Source: Candidatus Sigynarchaeum calidifontis (lineage in GTDB: Archaea; Asgardarchaeota; Lokiarchaeia; Sigyniarchaeales; Sigyniarchaeaceae). From it: DNA of 48,183 nucleotides. The position numbers were made by a program, and so were the translations under genes. Of this stretch, positions 1 to 8,869 are shown in pieces. The notes under the pieces are model-generated. The model was not told where the DNA came from. It was given only the letters and a program-made list of their open reading frames with translations, and ran no database searches. The stretch lies in NCBI GenBank assembly GCA_030587475.2, contig JAUQYZ020000116.1, positions 1 through 48,183 of the forward strand, given 5' to 3'. Positions within the stretch are counted from its first letter, which is position 1, and every line of letters starts with the position of its first letter.

Positions 1-421
1 GCCTTTCTTTACGATGCTTTTTATACAAGTGCGATTGGATGCGATCATTGAGAACCTGGAACTGGCTTAATTCGACCAGGTTGGTCAAAAACGCGTGGGA
101 ATACTTTTGCTTGAGTTCCCAGAATACCTCCTGGTAGAGCTTTTTCAAGAAGACATGATCTTCGAGCTTGTCGTGGATGTTCAGAATCATGATCTCTGCA
201 TCTTGCACCTTGAACTTCTGGAACAAGATATGGTGCTTCGCAAACACGATGTCCTCCAGCTCGTCGTCGCCAGGAAATATCTTCAAGCCGAATTGATTCA
301 TTGCCGTTACGAAGCCGGCGATCAAGACGTTGTTCATTTGCAGCTTCTCGAACTGTACATCGGCAATCAGTGCTCCGTTTTGCATGAAGACGAGTATCGC
401 GTAGATAATGGCATGTCGCAT
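1..421 (-). CDS. Longin-like domain protein, 3' end runs off the window (not in ORF track)
   Basis: Manual translation from ATG 421: MRHAIIYAILVFMQNGALIADVQFEKLQMNNVLIAGFVTAMNQFGLKIFPGDDELEDIVFAKHHILF..., open to the window edge. The beta-beta-G-(LIAGFVTAMNQF helix) pattern is typical of longin/sigma-like domains. Confidence 0.7.
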   Translation of the reverse strand, partial: MRHAIIYAILVFMQNGALIADVQFEKLQMNNVLIAGFVTAMNQFGLKIFPGDDELEDIVFAKHHILFQKFKVQDAEIMILNIHDKLEDHVFLKKLYQEVFWELKQKYSHAFLTNLVELSQFQVLNDRIQSHLYKKHRKER

Positions 422-528
422 TCGTGCGAGGTCATATTGGAACTGGGACGGCTTTTAAAAAATGTTCTCAAAAAAAGCGTGGAGCGAACCCGGGCACTCA
501 CACTTGAAAAACGGTATCTATAAAGGCT

Positions 529-741
529 CTAATCGATGAAATCGTCCTCGTTCGAGTAGGTGAACGTGGACTTCTTCTTTTCCGGTTCCGATGTTTTTTT
601 CTTCAATGATTTTTTCCCGGCCGCAATGCCCGCGCATTCATGGTTTTCCGGAAGCCTGTGTGCGGCACAAAAAAGTTTTTCACAATAACTGCAGCGATAA
701 GGCATCATATCATCCTTTTCGCACAAGCTACACTTTGCCAT
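529..741 (-). CDS. AN1-type zinc finger protein
   Basis: CSLC...PYRCSYCEKLFCAAHRLPENHEC matches zf-AN1. It is followed by a Lys-rich, then acidic, tail. Confidence 0.85.
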   Translation of the reverse strand: MAKCSLCEKDDMMPYRCSYCEKLFCAAHRLPENHECAGIAAGKKSLKKKTSEPEKKKSTFTYSNEDDFID

Positions 742-905
742 TGCCAGGACCTGCAAAATCAATTAATTTTCAGGGCGATCCCGAGGATTTAAATAACGAG
801 GCATCCATCGGTCCTAACCAATCGATCACGATCCCGAAAGAAGCCGATATATAAAAGATTGTCAAGCCCAATTAAAATCTTACAAAAACGCATTAATCAG
901 AAAGC

Positions 906-2081
906 ATGATCCTTCCTCGACTGCTGCAAGTGGCGCGAAGGATGCTCAAGAAAGAACGGGTGCAAGCGAGCTTGATGCGCAAGCCCGCTGACAAGATCCC
1001 GGTGTTCATGTCGGCCACGCCACAGTTTCTCCAAGCGGCACTCGGGCTGGGGAAGCATAAACCGACCACCAAGGACGCGTGGCGATATTGCGTGAAGCTC
1101 GATCTTGATGTGGTTCAAGTTGGCCACCCGTCTTTCTATCCCGTGAGGGTACTCGATTTCCAGATGGGTGAAAAGTATGTCGACGCATTTCACCGGACAC
1201 ACGTCATAACCGGCTATTATGACGAGTTCTGCGCCCCATTTCCCCTCCGGCAGAACCCGAAAGGGCTCGATCTCCACGAGATCCGCAGGCGCTGGGACGA
1301 TTACACCTTCCCGGATCCCGAAGCACACGAGTTCGTTGGTGGAATCGAGACGGTGGTTGCTGAAAACGAGAATCTAAACGACCCGCTTCACGTGTGGGGC
1401 GTCATCAATGGGCCATTCGAACCCGCGTGGCAATTGATCTCCGATGCCTGGACAGACTTCTTCATTCTCGCCCGCCGTGACCGCGATCTCGCGAAAGATA
1501 TAATCGAGCGGGTTACCGATTATTGCATCGCGGCGGGAGCAGCTCTCATCGAACGTGGTGCGAACGCTGTACGGATTGGTGACGACTACGGCTTGAACGA
1601 GGGGCTCATGTGCGCGCCCAAGACGTGGCGTGACTTGATCTTCCCGTCACACGTGCGACTCGTCAAGGGCTTGAAAAAAGCTGGCGGGCAAGACATGCCC
1701 GTGATTTTCCACTCGGACGGCAACATAATGGCCATCATCGACTGGCTCGCCGAGGGCGGTATCGATGCACTAAACCCGATCCAGCCCGACGCGCTGGACT
1801 TCGGCACGGTAGTTGAAAAGGTTGGCAACCATCTGTCGATGGCCGGTGCCTTCGATTTACGATATTTCCTCGCTCCATGCACGGAACAGAACCGAAACGC
1901 GATGGAGCGTGAAACAAGACGGCTGTTCACCATTATCGACACGTTCAACAATCCCTCTATCCGCACGGGCTTTTGTATCGGCCCCACGCACCAAGTCCAG
2001 CCCGCATCGTATCCATCTACCTTCGAAGCGTGGATTAAAATGGTCCACGCCATTAATCAAACTCGTGCGGGAAAAGTCTGA
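906..2081 (+). CDS. Uroporphyrinogen decarboxylase / MtaA-like corrinoid methyltransferase family protein
   Basis: GPFE, IGDDYG, FHSDG, LNPIQP and C-terminal GPTH motifs of the URO-D/CIMS-like TIM barrel family. Confidence 0.8.
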   Translation: MILPRLLQVARRMLKKERVQASLMRKPADKIPVFMSATPQFLQAALGLGKHKPTTKDAWRYCVKLDLDVVQVGHPSFYPVRVLDFQMGEKYVDAFHRTHVITGYYDEFCAPFPLRQNPKGLDLHEIRRRWDDYTFPDPEAHEFVGGIETVVAENENLNDPLHVWGVINGPFEPAWQLISDAWTDFFILARRDRDLAKDIIERVTDYCIAAGAALIERGANAVRIGDDYGLNEGLMCAPKTWRDLIFPSHVRLVKGLKKAGGQDMPVIFHSDGNIMAIIDWLAEGGIDALNPIQPDALDFGTVVEKVGNHLSMAGAFDLRYFLAPCTEQNRNAMERETRRLFTIIDTFNNPSIRTGFCIGPTHQVQPASYPSTFEAWIKMVHAINQTRAGKV

Positions 2082-2104
2082 AATCCCGGAGCGAGTGGAT
2101 AACC

Positions 2105-2596
2105 GTGTTGATTGAAGCACATCTCGACACTGCCTACACCCACGCGCGTGAGAGGGAGCCCGGTGAATACCCGTCCGAGGTGCGGCGGTGCTCGTATGGC
2201 ATGTGCCTGGTCGCCACCATGGACCTGCCCGCGGGCACAGTCGTGGAGAAGTTTGAAGGCCCGATCGTCTTGAACGCCGATGTACCTGAATCAGCTGTCC
2301 GGCATACCATCATCTGGGACGATACGAGCGTGATCATCCCGGAGACTCCCGCGAAATTTGCAAACCACTCGTGCGACCCGAATTCCTACGTGAACGACTT
2401 GATGGAGATCGTGACGTCGCGCCCGGTCAAGCGCGGGGAGGAGATCACTTTTTCGTACAATTGGATCTACGAGGGGCGGCCAGACGCCGCATGGGATGAC
2501 AGATGGACTTTCCAGTGCAAGTGTGGCTCTCCACGATGCCAAGGGTTGATAAACAAGTATGTTCCGGCTCCTCCCGATCGCTTATACAGCCCATAG
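2105..2596 (+). CDS. SET domain protein-lysine methyltransferase with post-SET Cys cluster
   Basis: NHSCDPN, GEEITFSY and post-SET CKCGSPRC. Confidence 0.9.
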   Translation: MLIEAHLDTAYTHAREREPGEYPSEVRRCSYGMCLVATMDLPAGTVVEKFEGPIVLNADVPESAVRHTIIWDDTSVIIPETPAKFANHSCDPNSYVNDLMEIVTSRPVKRGEEITFSYNWIYEGRPDAAWDDRWTFQCKCGSPRCQGLINKYVPAPPDRLYSP

Positions 2597-2625
2597 ACCT
2601 GGTTTCTGCATTTATTGAATTCGAG

Positions 2626-3429
2626 TCATCGAGATGCATGAAGGATCCTCGCGAGGAAATGTAGGACGTCGATGATGCCCTGGCCTGTTTTTGATGATAC
2701 CTCGATGACCGTGCAACGCCTGCCAGAAATCAAGGTGCCGAGCTCGACGCCGTCGATGATGTCTTGCCGCGATAGCGCGCCGGGAACGTCACTCTTCGCG
2801 ACAATGATTGCGATCGGAATCTCGGCAAGCTGTGGGACCTTGAGGATATCCTTCATGAAATCGATTGACTCGGGCAATCGCGCCGGCTCGGCCGCATCGA
2901 TGACGAAGGCGACGGCATCGATCTTGACTTCCCTGGTCAGTGCTTGGATGATTACCAGCCGCAAACCGTCGTTGCCCGCGATGTCGATATTCTCTATTTC
3001 GTGTCCTTCGAAATCCAAGTCTTGTATGGACATGCCAAGGCTGGGCCGGGAATCCAGGAATTCCCCGTGCTTTATACGATGAAGCAAGGTGGATTTACCG
3101 GCGCCGTCAATACCCGCCCAAATTACCTTGTAGGACCTCGGTTGGCTTGGCTTGCTGGCGACCATGACCGACAGCATGAATGCATCGTTTTTTCCAGGCA
3201 AGTTGGTACTCGCGGTCTGAAGCGAGACGAGGGTCCCGACCTGGTCTATGACCCTACCTTCCGGATCCAAGAGGCGAACCGATACGAGGCTATCCTTGCG
3301 CGCCAGGGCCTGGATGGCTTGCAGCCGCACCTGGACCTCTTCCATTTCTTTTCTATCGAGGAAAAAAGATAGCTTGTCCAGGTGCCCGCCACGTCGTGCC
3401 TCCATGATCAAATCGATACACGTGGACAT
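2626..3429 (-). CDS. Arf/Sar-family small GTPase with ~95-aa N-terminal extension
   Basis: G1 GIDGAGKS, switch I PSLG, G3 DIAG, FVID, G4 AKSD, G5 SSKTGQG. Confidence 0.85.
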   Translation of the reverse strand: MSTCIDLIMEARRGGHLDKLSFFLDRKEMEEVQVRLQAIQALARKDSLVSVRLLDPEGRVIDQVGTLVSLQTASTNLPGKNDAFMLSVMVASKPSQPRSYKVIWAGIDGAGKSTLLHRIKHGEFLDSRPSLGMSIQDLDFEGHEIENIDIAGNDGLRLVIIQALTREVKIDAVAFVIDAAEPARLPESIDFMKDILKVPQLAEIPIAIIVAKSDVPGALSRQDIIDGVELGTLISGRRCTVIEVSSKTGQGIIDVLHFLARILHASR

Positions 3430-3441
3430 ACCTCAAGTACC

Positions 3442-3975
3442 TCACGCGTTTTTCAAGAAGAGTGCCGTGAGATCATCCCATTTATGAACCTTGACGTCTT
3501 GCATGAGCATGTTCTTGAATTCCTTGTTGATAGGGGGGGCGGGTGGCGTGTTTTCTTTATTTATCCTCACTAGATCGATTTGCTCGATACGACCGCGTTT
3601 GTCAACGTGCAAGAACGCCACGAGATCGCGGAACCAGAATGCGCCCTCGGGCAGCGTGCCCAGGTCCTCGTATTCCACGCTGCATGGCTCCTCGGTCGTC
3701 GTTTCCCGCGAGGCTGTTGCAGCGCCTCCAGCTGCCGCCGTTTCCTTGATATCCATCAAGATCGGCGGATGTTCGATTCGCTTTTGTGCGATCACGCGCT
3801 GCCGGGACAAGATTAATTCGCGATCGGCCTTGCCCTTGAGAATCTCTAGAGGCGGAATGATGACATCGTCCAGGACCACCTCGAATTTGACATCATCCAA
3901 CACCACCTCTTCATGAGGCGTGCCCGCGCTTGAGCACTTGTTGTGAACGAATGCTTCCAAGTCGTATAATTTCAA
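3442..3975 (-). CDS. Hypothetical protein, upstream of and in frame with the Arf-like gene
   Basis: 177-aa ORF with protein-like composition and an internal EVVLDDV duplication. It ends 12 nt before the GTPase start. Confidence 0.6.
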   Translation of the reverse strand: MKLYDLEAFVHNKCSSAGTPHEEVVLDDVKFEVVLDDVIIPPLEILKGKADRELILSRQRVIAQKRIEHPPILMDIKETAAAGGAATASRETTTEEPCSVEYEDLGTLPEGAFWFRDLVAFLHVDKRGRIEQIDLVRINKENTPPAPPINKEFKNMLMQDVKVHKWDDLTALFLKNA

Positions 3976-4168
3976 GGTACTTCGTGTTACACGTTCCCGC
4001 GCGGGTTAAAAAATCTTTCGTGGGTCCACGCCGTGCGGGAAAGCCCGTGAAGATTGTCGAACGGCGAGAACGCCTTGAATCCTTCATGGCAATTTAGAAA
4101 CAAACGTATTGATGCGGAATCATCATCTTTTTTACTGCCCCGACGGAAAAGATGATTGGGAAATAAAC

Positions 4169-5002
4169 ATGGTGCTGATCCAGATCGAAACCGCCGTTGC
4201 GCGATCCGCTGGTTATACTGTCATACACGTCTTTTGCATCGTTTGCCTGGTATTCTTGATATACAAGACCTGGAGACGGTTCGTTGAAAAAAGGGCGCAA
4301 AAAAACGCTCCCGTTGGCATCGGGGCCCCGATAAGCATCATGTTACAATATGAAATCGTGATCCTCGTTGGGTTGGTGCTCACGAACGTGTCATCGGACA
4401 TCCTCATCTACATTCGTGTAAACATCGGTAGTAATCCTAGCTTTTCCGATCCCGCCGCCCAATTAGCATGCGAGTACATGAATATATTCTTCCAGTTAGC
4501 ATTGGCGCTGTTTGTTTGGTACATCGCGTGGTTTTCGAACGAGGTATTGCTGTTCAAGGGAAAAAAGTTCATGATAATTAACACGTGCATCTTGATGGCG
4601 TATGTATTGGCTTTCGTGATCGGCTTGATCACCGGGTTGGCCTGGTCTAGCGAGCCGACTTCTTCGGGCAGCAAGCGCGAGCCATCACTCTGGTTAATGG
4701 CCATGAACGGGATCTATCTCATCATCGTGGTCGTCCCGTCGATCGTCGCATCATTCCGCTCCGCGCGGAAGGTATCAGGAGAGGTGAACAAGTACGGGAT
4801 GCGATTCATCATGTTCTTTTTCACATCCATATTGTTAATCATATTCTTCCAAGCTCTTTTCACCCTCACGTTAGAATATCTATTTTCATACATCAGTTGG
4901 ATCTTGTTTCCCGCTGGCATTTTGCTCGCATATCTTGGCTTGATCATGCCCCCTTTCTTGCGAGCACGGTTGGAGAAAGCACCGGAACAAAAAAAAGGAT
5001 GA
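4169..5002 (+). CDS. Standalone seven-transmembrane protein
   Basis: Seven hydrophobic segments by eye, ending in AYLGLIMPPFLR plus a basic tail, an architecture common in Asgard genomes. Confidence 0.7.
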   Translation: MVLIQIETAVARSAGYTVIHVFCIVCLVFLIYKTWRRFVEKRAQKNAPVGIGAPISIMLQYEIVILVGLVLTNVSSDILIYIRVNIGSNPSFSDPAAQLACEYMNIFFQLALALFVWYIAWFSNEVLLFKGKKFMIINTCILMAYVLAFVIGLITGLAWSSEPTSSGSKREPSLWLMAMNGIYLIIVVVPSIVASFRSARKVSGEVNKYGMRFIMFFFTSILLIIFFQALFTLTLEYLFSYISWILFPAGILLAYLGLIMPPFLRARLEKAPEQKKG

Positions 5003-5025
5003 GATACACCGCGGATTTCGTGATT

Positions 5026-6075
5026 TCAGAACAATTTATCGATTACATCGATGCAACGGTTACTATAACCGCACTCATTGTCGTACCAGCTTAGAACCTT
5101 GATGAGATTGCCCTTGACGTCCGTGTAGTGCGGGTCGAAGATCGAGCTGTGCGCGTTGCCGATAATGTCGGATGAGACGATTTCGTCGAAGACGACGGAG
5201 AGGATACCCTTGAGAGGGCCTTCCGCGGCCTCGACCATCATGGCATTGATGGCTTCCTTCGTCGTTTTCTCCTTAACGATCGCGGTGAAATCGACGAGCG
5301 AGCCCGTGACGACGGGGACGCGGATCGAGACGCCGTTGAACTTGCCCTTGAGCTCGGGGATGACCTCGCCGATTGCCTTGGCCGCGCCGGTGGTCGTGGG
5401 GATGATGTTGAAGGCGGCCGAGCGGGCGCGCGTGTAATCCTTGTGCGCCTGGTCGAGCAAGCGCTGATCGTTGGTCATGGCATGAACCGTTGTCATTAGG
5501 CCGACGTCGATCTTCAGCTTGTCGTTAAGCACTTTCACGAGCGGTGCAAGGCAGTTCGTCGTGCAACTCGCGTTGCTCACGATAAGGTGTTCAGGCTTGA
5601 GCATCCCCTCGTTCACGCCCATGACGATCGTCACGTCCGGGTCGTCCATGGGTGCCGACACGAGGACGCGCTTGGCACCCGCTTGTATGTGTTTCATAGC
5701 ATCAGCTTTCTTGCGAAACACACCGCTGGACTCTATGACGACATCCGTGCCGAGTTTTGCTTGTGGAAGCTTCAACGGGTCCTTTTCCATGAAGTACGGG
5801 ATTTCCTTGTTACCGATGACGATGGCATTTTCCTTGGCTTGCACGTCAAAAACCCATGGGCCATAAGCCGTATCATAGCGCAGAAGGTAGGCCGACATCG
5901 ATGACGGCACGACATCATTGATTCCCACGATTTCAATATCGGGGTGAAGCATTACCGGGGCAGCGCCCTCTTCCAGGTCCAGGCCAGACGAGCTCAAGCT
6001 CTGGCGCTTGTAGAGCTCGCGCAGGATAATGCGCCCGATCCTTCCAAATCCATTAATGAATACCTTTTTCGTCAT
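5026..6075 (-). CDS. gap: Class I (bacterial/eukaryotic-type) glyceraldehyde-3-phosphate dehydrogenase
   Basis: INGFGRIGR, SNASCTTNCLAP, NIIPTTTGAAKA, WYDNE. Confidence 0.97.
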   Translation of the reverse strand: MTKKVFINGFGRIGRIILRELYKRQSLSSSGLDLEEGAAPVMLHPDIEIVGINDVVPSSMSAYLLRYDTAYGPWVFDVQAKENAIVIGNKEIPYFMEKDPLKLPQAKLGTDVVIESSGVFRKKADAMKHIQAGAKRVLVSAPMDDPDVTIVMGVNEGMLKPEHLIVSNASCTTNCLAPLVKVLNDKLKIDVGLMTTVHAMTNDQRLLDQAHKDYTRARSAAFNIIPTTTGAAKAIGEVIPELKGKFNGVSIRVPVVTGSLVDFTAIVKEKTTKEAINAMMVEAAEGPLKGILSVVFDEIVSSDIIGNAHSSIFDPHYTDVKGNLIKVLSWYDNECGYSNRCIDVIDKLF

Positions 6076-6139
6076 TTCGCTCACACCTATCATTCATTTA
6101 TCGAGTTTCCCTTTTTTTCAGCAACAGAGCAAACGAGAA

Positions 6140-6211
6140 TATCGTGATACTTTCCGGGTTACTTGTCTTGCACTATATTCACGATACTGCGAGGTGCATG
6201 CTTTCACGATA
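6140..6211. promoter_or_regulatory. Three copies of a TCACGATA motif in the gap/pgk divergent region
   Basis: TATCGTGATA at 6140-6149 (reverse copy), TTCACGATA at 6178-6186 and TTCACGATA at 6203-6211. Confidence 0.3.
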
Positions 6212-6406
6212 GATGCTCTACGATGCATTTCTAGACGACCATCTAATAAAACTTGAGGCAAACCAACCCTTCCTTTAAGAATAACTTTTATGTGGGAAAA
6301 TGATGTGCAAGGCGGATGATCGAAAAACATTGCAATGGGTATTTTTTTAGGGGGGAAAACAATTTCCGTCATGGTTCTATTACAAGCCATTTTCGGTGAT
6401 GCGACC

Positions 6407-7639
6407 ATGATGGAATTCAAAATGAAAACGATCAAGGACGTCGATCTTAAGGGCAAGCGGGTGTTGTGCCGTCTCGATCTCAACTCTCCCCTCGACAGCG
6501 ACAAGAAGCTAAAGGACGACCTCCGTATCCGCGCGTCCACGGCGACAATCAACGAGTTAAAGGACACGAAGCTCGTGATCCTTGCCCACCAGGGCAGACT
6601 CGGGGAAAAGGACTTCATCCCGCTCAAGCAACACGCCGATCGGCTCGCCGAATTATTGAAGCCCCGGAAAGTAATGTTCGTCGACGACTTGTTCGGCGAG
6701 AAAGCAATCAGCGCTATCAAGGCTTTGAACGTGGGCGAAGTTCTCGTGCTCGATAACGTGCGCAATTTCAAGCCCGACAATGCCGAGGATCTGACCATCG
6801 ACGATTGCCAAAAGTCCGAGCTCGTGCAAAAATTGGCTCCCTTGTTCGATTATTTCGTGGTCGATGCGTTTGGTGCGTCCCACCGCAGCCAACCGTCCGT
6901 CGTCGGATGGCCTGCAATCCTCGCGGGGCCGGTAGTGACGAAAGAGATCGAAGCCTTGAAAAAGATAACGGAAAATCCCAAGCGACCCGTCGTCATGCTC
7001 GTGGGAGGTGCGAAAGCTGGCGACAAATTCAAGGCGTTGAAGTTCAACGTTGATTACCACCTTGCTGACAAGGTGCTCGTTGCCGGGTTGACTGCCCAGC
7101 TGCTCTACGAGGGTATGGGCAAAATGACTGGCGACGTGAACCGGAAGCTCGTGCAAAAGGATCTCGACAAGGCAGGGGTTAGCGTGTTGGAGTTTATGCA
7201 TTACCGGGCTGGGAGCAAGGTTATACTCCCTGTTGATTTCGGCGCAGAAAAGGATGGAAAGCGCATCGAGGTTTCCCTTGCAGAAGCCGCTCAGATGAAT
7301 GTTCCTTTGATGGACATCGGTCCCAAGACCCTCGAAATTTTCAAGAAGGAATTGGAGGGTGCCGGTACCATCGTCGCGAACGGGCCGCCTGGCGTGTTTG
7401 AAAAGGCCGACTTTGCCAAGAGCACGAATGAACTCATCGACGCCATGGTTGCAGCAACCGCGAGGGGTGCATATACCGTGATCGGTGGGGGAGAATTTGG
7501 CGAGGCAGCGGAAAAGTCCGGTAAGGCCAGCAAGATCTCGTGGATCAGCACGGGTGGTGGTGCGATGCTCGAATTCTTGTCCGGGAAGTGGCTTCCCTTG
7601 TTCGTCGCGCTGGATCGATCGTACACCAAGATTAAATGA
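6407..7639 (+). CDS. pgk: Phosphoglycerate kinase (archaeal type)
   Basis: RLDLNSP, AHQGR, DAFGASHRSQPS, GGAKAGDK, DIGPKT, NGPPGVFE, STGGGA. A GGTGA RBS lies upstream. Confidence 0.97.
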   Translation: MMEFKMKTIKDVDLKGKRVLCRLDLNSPLDSDKKLKDDLRIRASTATINELKDTKLVILAHQGRLGEKDFIPLKQHADRLAELLKPRKVMFVDDLFGEKAISAIKALNVGEVLVLDNVRNFKPDNAEDLTIDDCQKSELVQKLAPLFDYFVVDAFGASHRSQPSVVGWPAILAGPVVTKEIEALKKITENPKRPVVMLVGGAKAGDKFKALKFNVDYHLADKVLVAGLTAQLLYEGMGKMTGDVNRKLVQKDLDKAGVSVLEFMHYRAGSKVILPVDFGAEKDGKRIEVSLAEAAQMNVPLMDIGPKTLEIFKKELEGAGTIVANGPPGVFEKADFAKSTNELIDAMVAATARGAYTVIGGGEFGEAAEKSGKASKISWISTGGGAMLEFLSGKWLPLFVALDRSYTKIK

Positions 7640-7979
7640 TCAGCAAAAAACCACGTCCTCGACAAGAAGAATCAATGTTATTCATGTCATCTTTTTCTTT
7701 ATCCACCACGCCTTCCATAAAGATTACGTTCACATCCGCGTGCTTGTCGTTCAATTGCCAATCCGGAATTAATAAACGCGAGATCACGCGTGCGGGCGGT
7801 CGATCTGGCGAGCATATCACGAGGCCGGAATGGTGATTATGCAAGGCGGGGCGGCACTATGAAAATCTTGTGAAGGGATGGTTGGCGTAAGCCAGCTGGG
7901 ATTTTCTTCTCTTTCTTGTAAAAATTCATCCCGAATCAAGATTATCGAAGAAAACAAGAGAAACAAAACGGTTGCCGGT

Positions 7980-8864
7980 TCACGCATGAACGGATTGTTT
8001 TGCCGGGAATTCCTGTTCGGGAAAACAGAGCTTTCTCAAATAGCATCCCCTGCACAAGCCATCATCCTTTACCCGTTCTATCAGATCCGCAACATTCGTA
8101 TGAATATCCCCGATCTTGATCTGGAACTCGCAGCAGTTGTACACGTAACCCTCGCACGAGATTGAAACATAGCGCGTCCGCCAGGATCGATCGATGCTTG
8201 AACGGATCTGTGACAGTTCCGGGGAATCGAGTGCATCGTCGATGCAAGTGATGTCGCTCTTGCTCAAAGCTGGTTCGCGGATGGTTTCCTTGTTCGCATG
8301 TTCGAAATCTTCCTTGACGACCGGGTAGAGAAACTGGACATGACTGCCCGGGGCGATGTCGTGGACGAATTGCTCGAACGCGATTGCATCGTTCACGTTG
8401 CACGGGGTAAGGATGCACTGCACGTTTGTCCTCAAGCCCATCGCGACCAGCTCCTTGATGTTTTCCACGATTTTCTGGAACGTGCCTTTCCCACGGTTCG
8501 CATCGTTCGCCTTCTCGAAACCATCCAGCGACACGCACACTTTCACGTTATCGAGCATTCGAAACTGCCGGGCGGTCTCTGCAATCTTGATGCCGTTGGT
8601 CTGGATGAGGTGGCTGATTCGATCCGGGTGTGACTCTGAGAGACGGTTGATGATCGGTACCAGGTGCTTGTACAAAGTAACCTCGCCGCGACCTATCCAG
8701 AACAGTCGGAGCGCCCCCGGAATGGTGTCCAGATAGCAAGAGACCATCTTTTCGATCGTGTCGGGCGCGAGCACCGAGGCGCAGTGCTTGGTATAGCACA
8801 TCTTGCAATGCAAATTGCAATAGCCGATCGGCTCGATCATCATGTCGTTCAATAATATGTCCAT
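7980..8864 (-). CDS. Radical SAM protein with C-terminal SPASM/twitch-like Cys cluster
   Basis: CNLHCKMC, GE, QTNG, VSLDG..NDANRGKGTF, and C-terminal GYVYNCC...IGDI...CRGCYLRKLC. Confidence 0.9.
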   Translation of the reverse strand: MDILLNDMMIEPIGYCNLHCKMCYTKHCASVLAPDTIEKMVSCYLDTIPGALRLFWIGRGEVTLYKHLVPIINRLSESHPDRISHLIQTNGIKIAETARQFRMLDNVKVCVSLDGFEKANDANRGKGTFQKIVENIKELVAMGLRTNVQCILTPCNVNDAIAFEQFVHDIAPGSHVQFLYPVVKEDFEHANKETIREPALSKSDITCIDDALDSPELSQIRSSIDRSWRTRYVSISCEGYVYNCCEFQIKIGDIHTNVADLIERVKDDGLCRGCYLRKLCFPEQEFPAKQSVHA

Positions 8865-8869
8865 TCCGC

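Noticed and set aside
95-523. 142-aa plus-strand ORF
   Set aside because: Antisense shadow of the longin-like gene on the minus strand.
7632-7844. Small ORF as a precursor peptide for the radical SAM enzyme
   Set aside because: No RBS or recognisable precursor features, and it overlaps the pgk end and terminator region.
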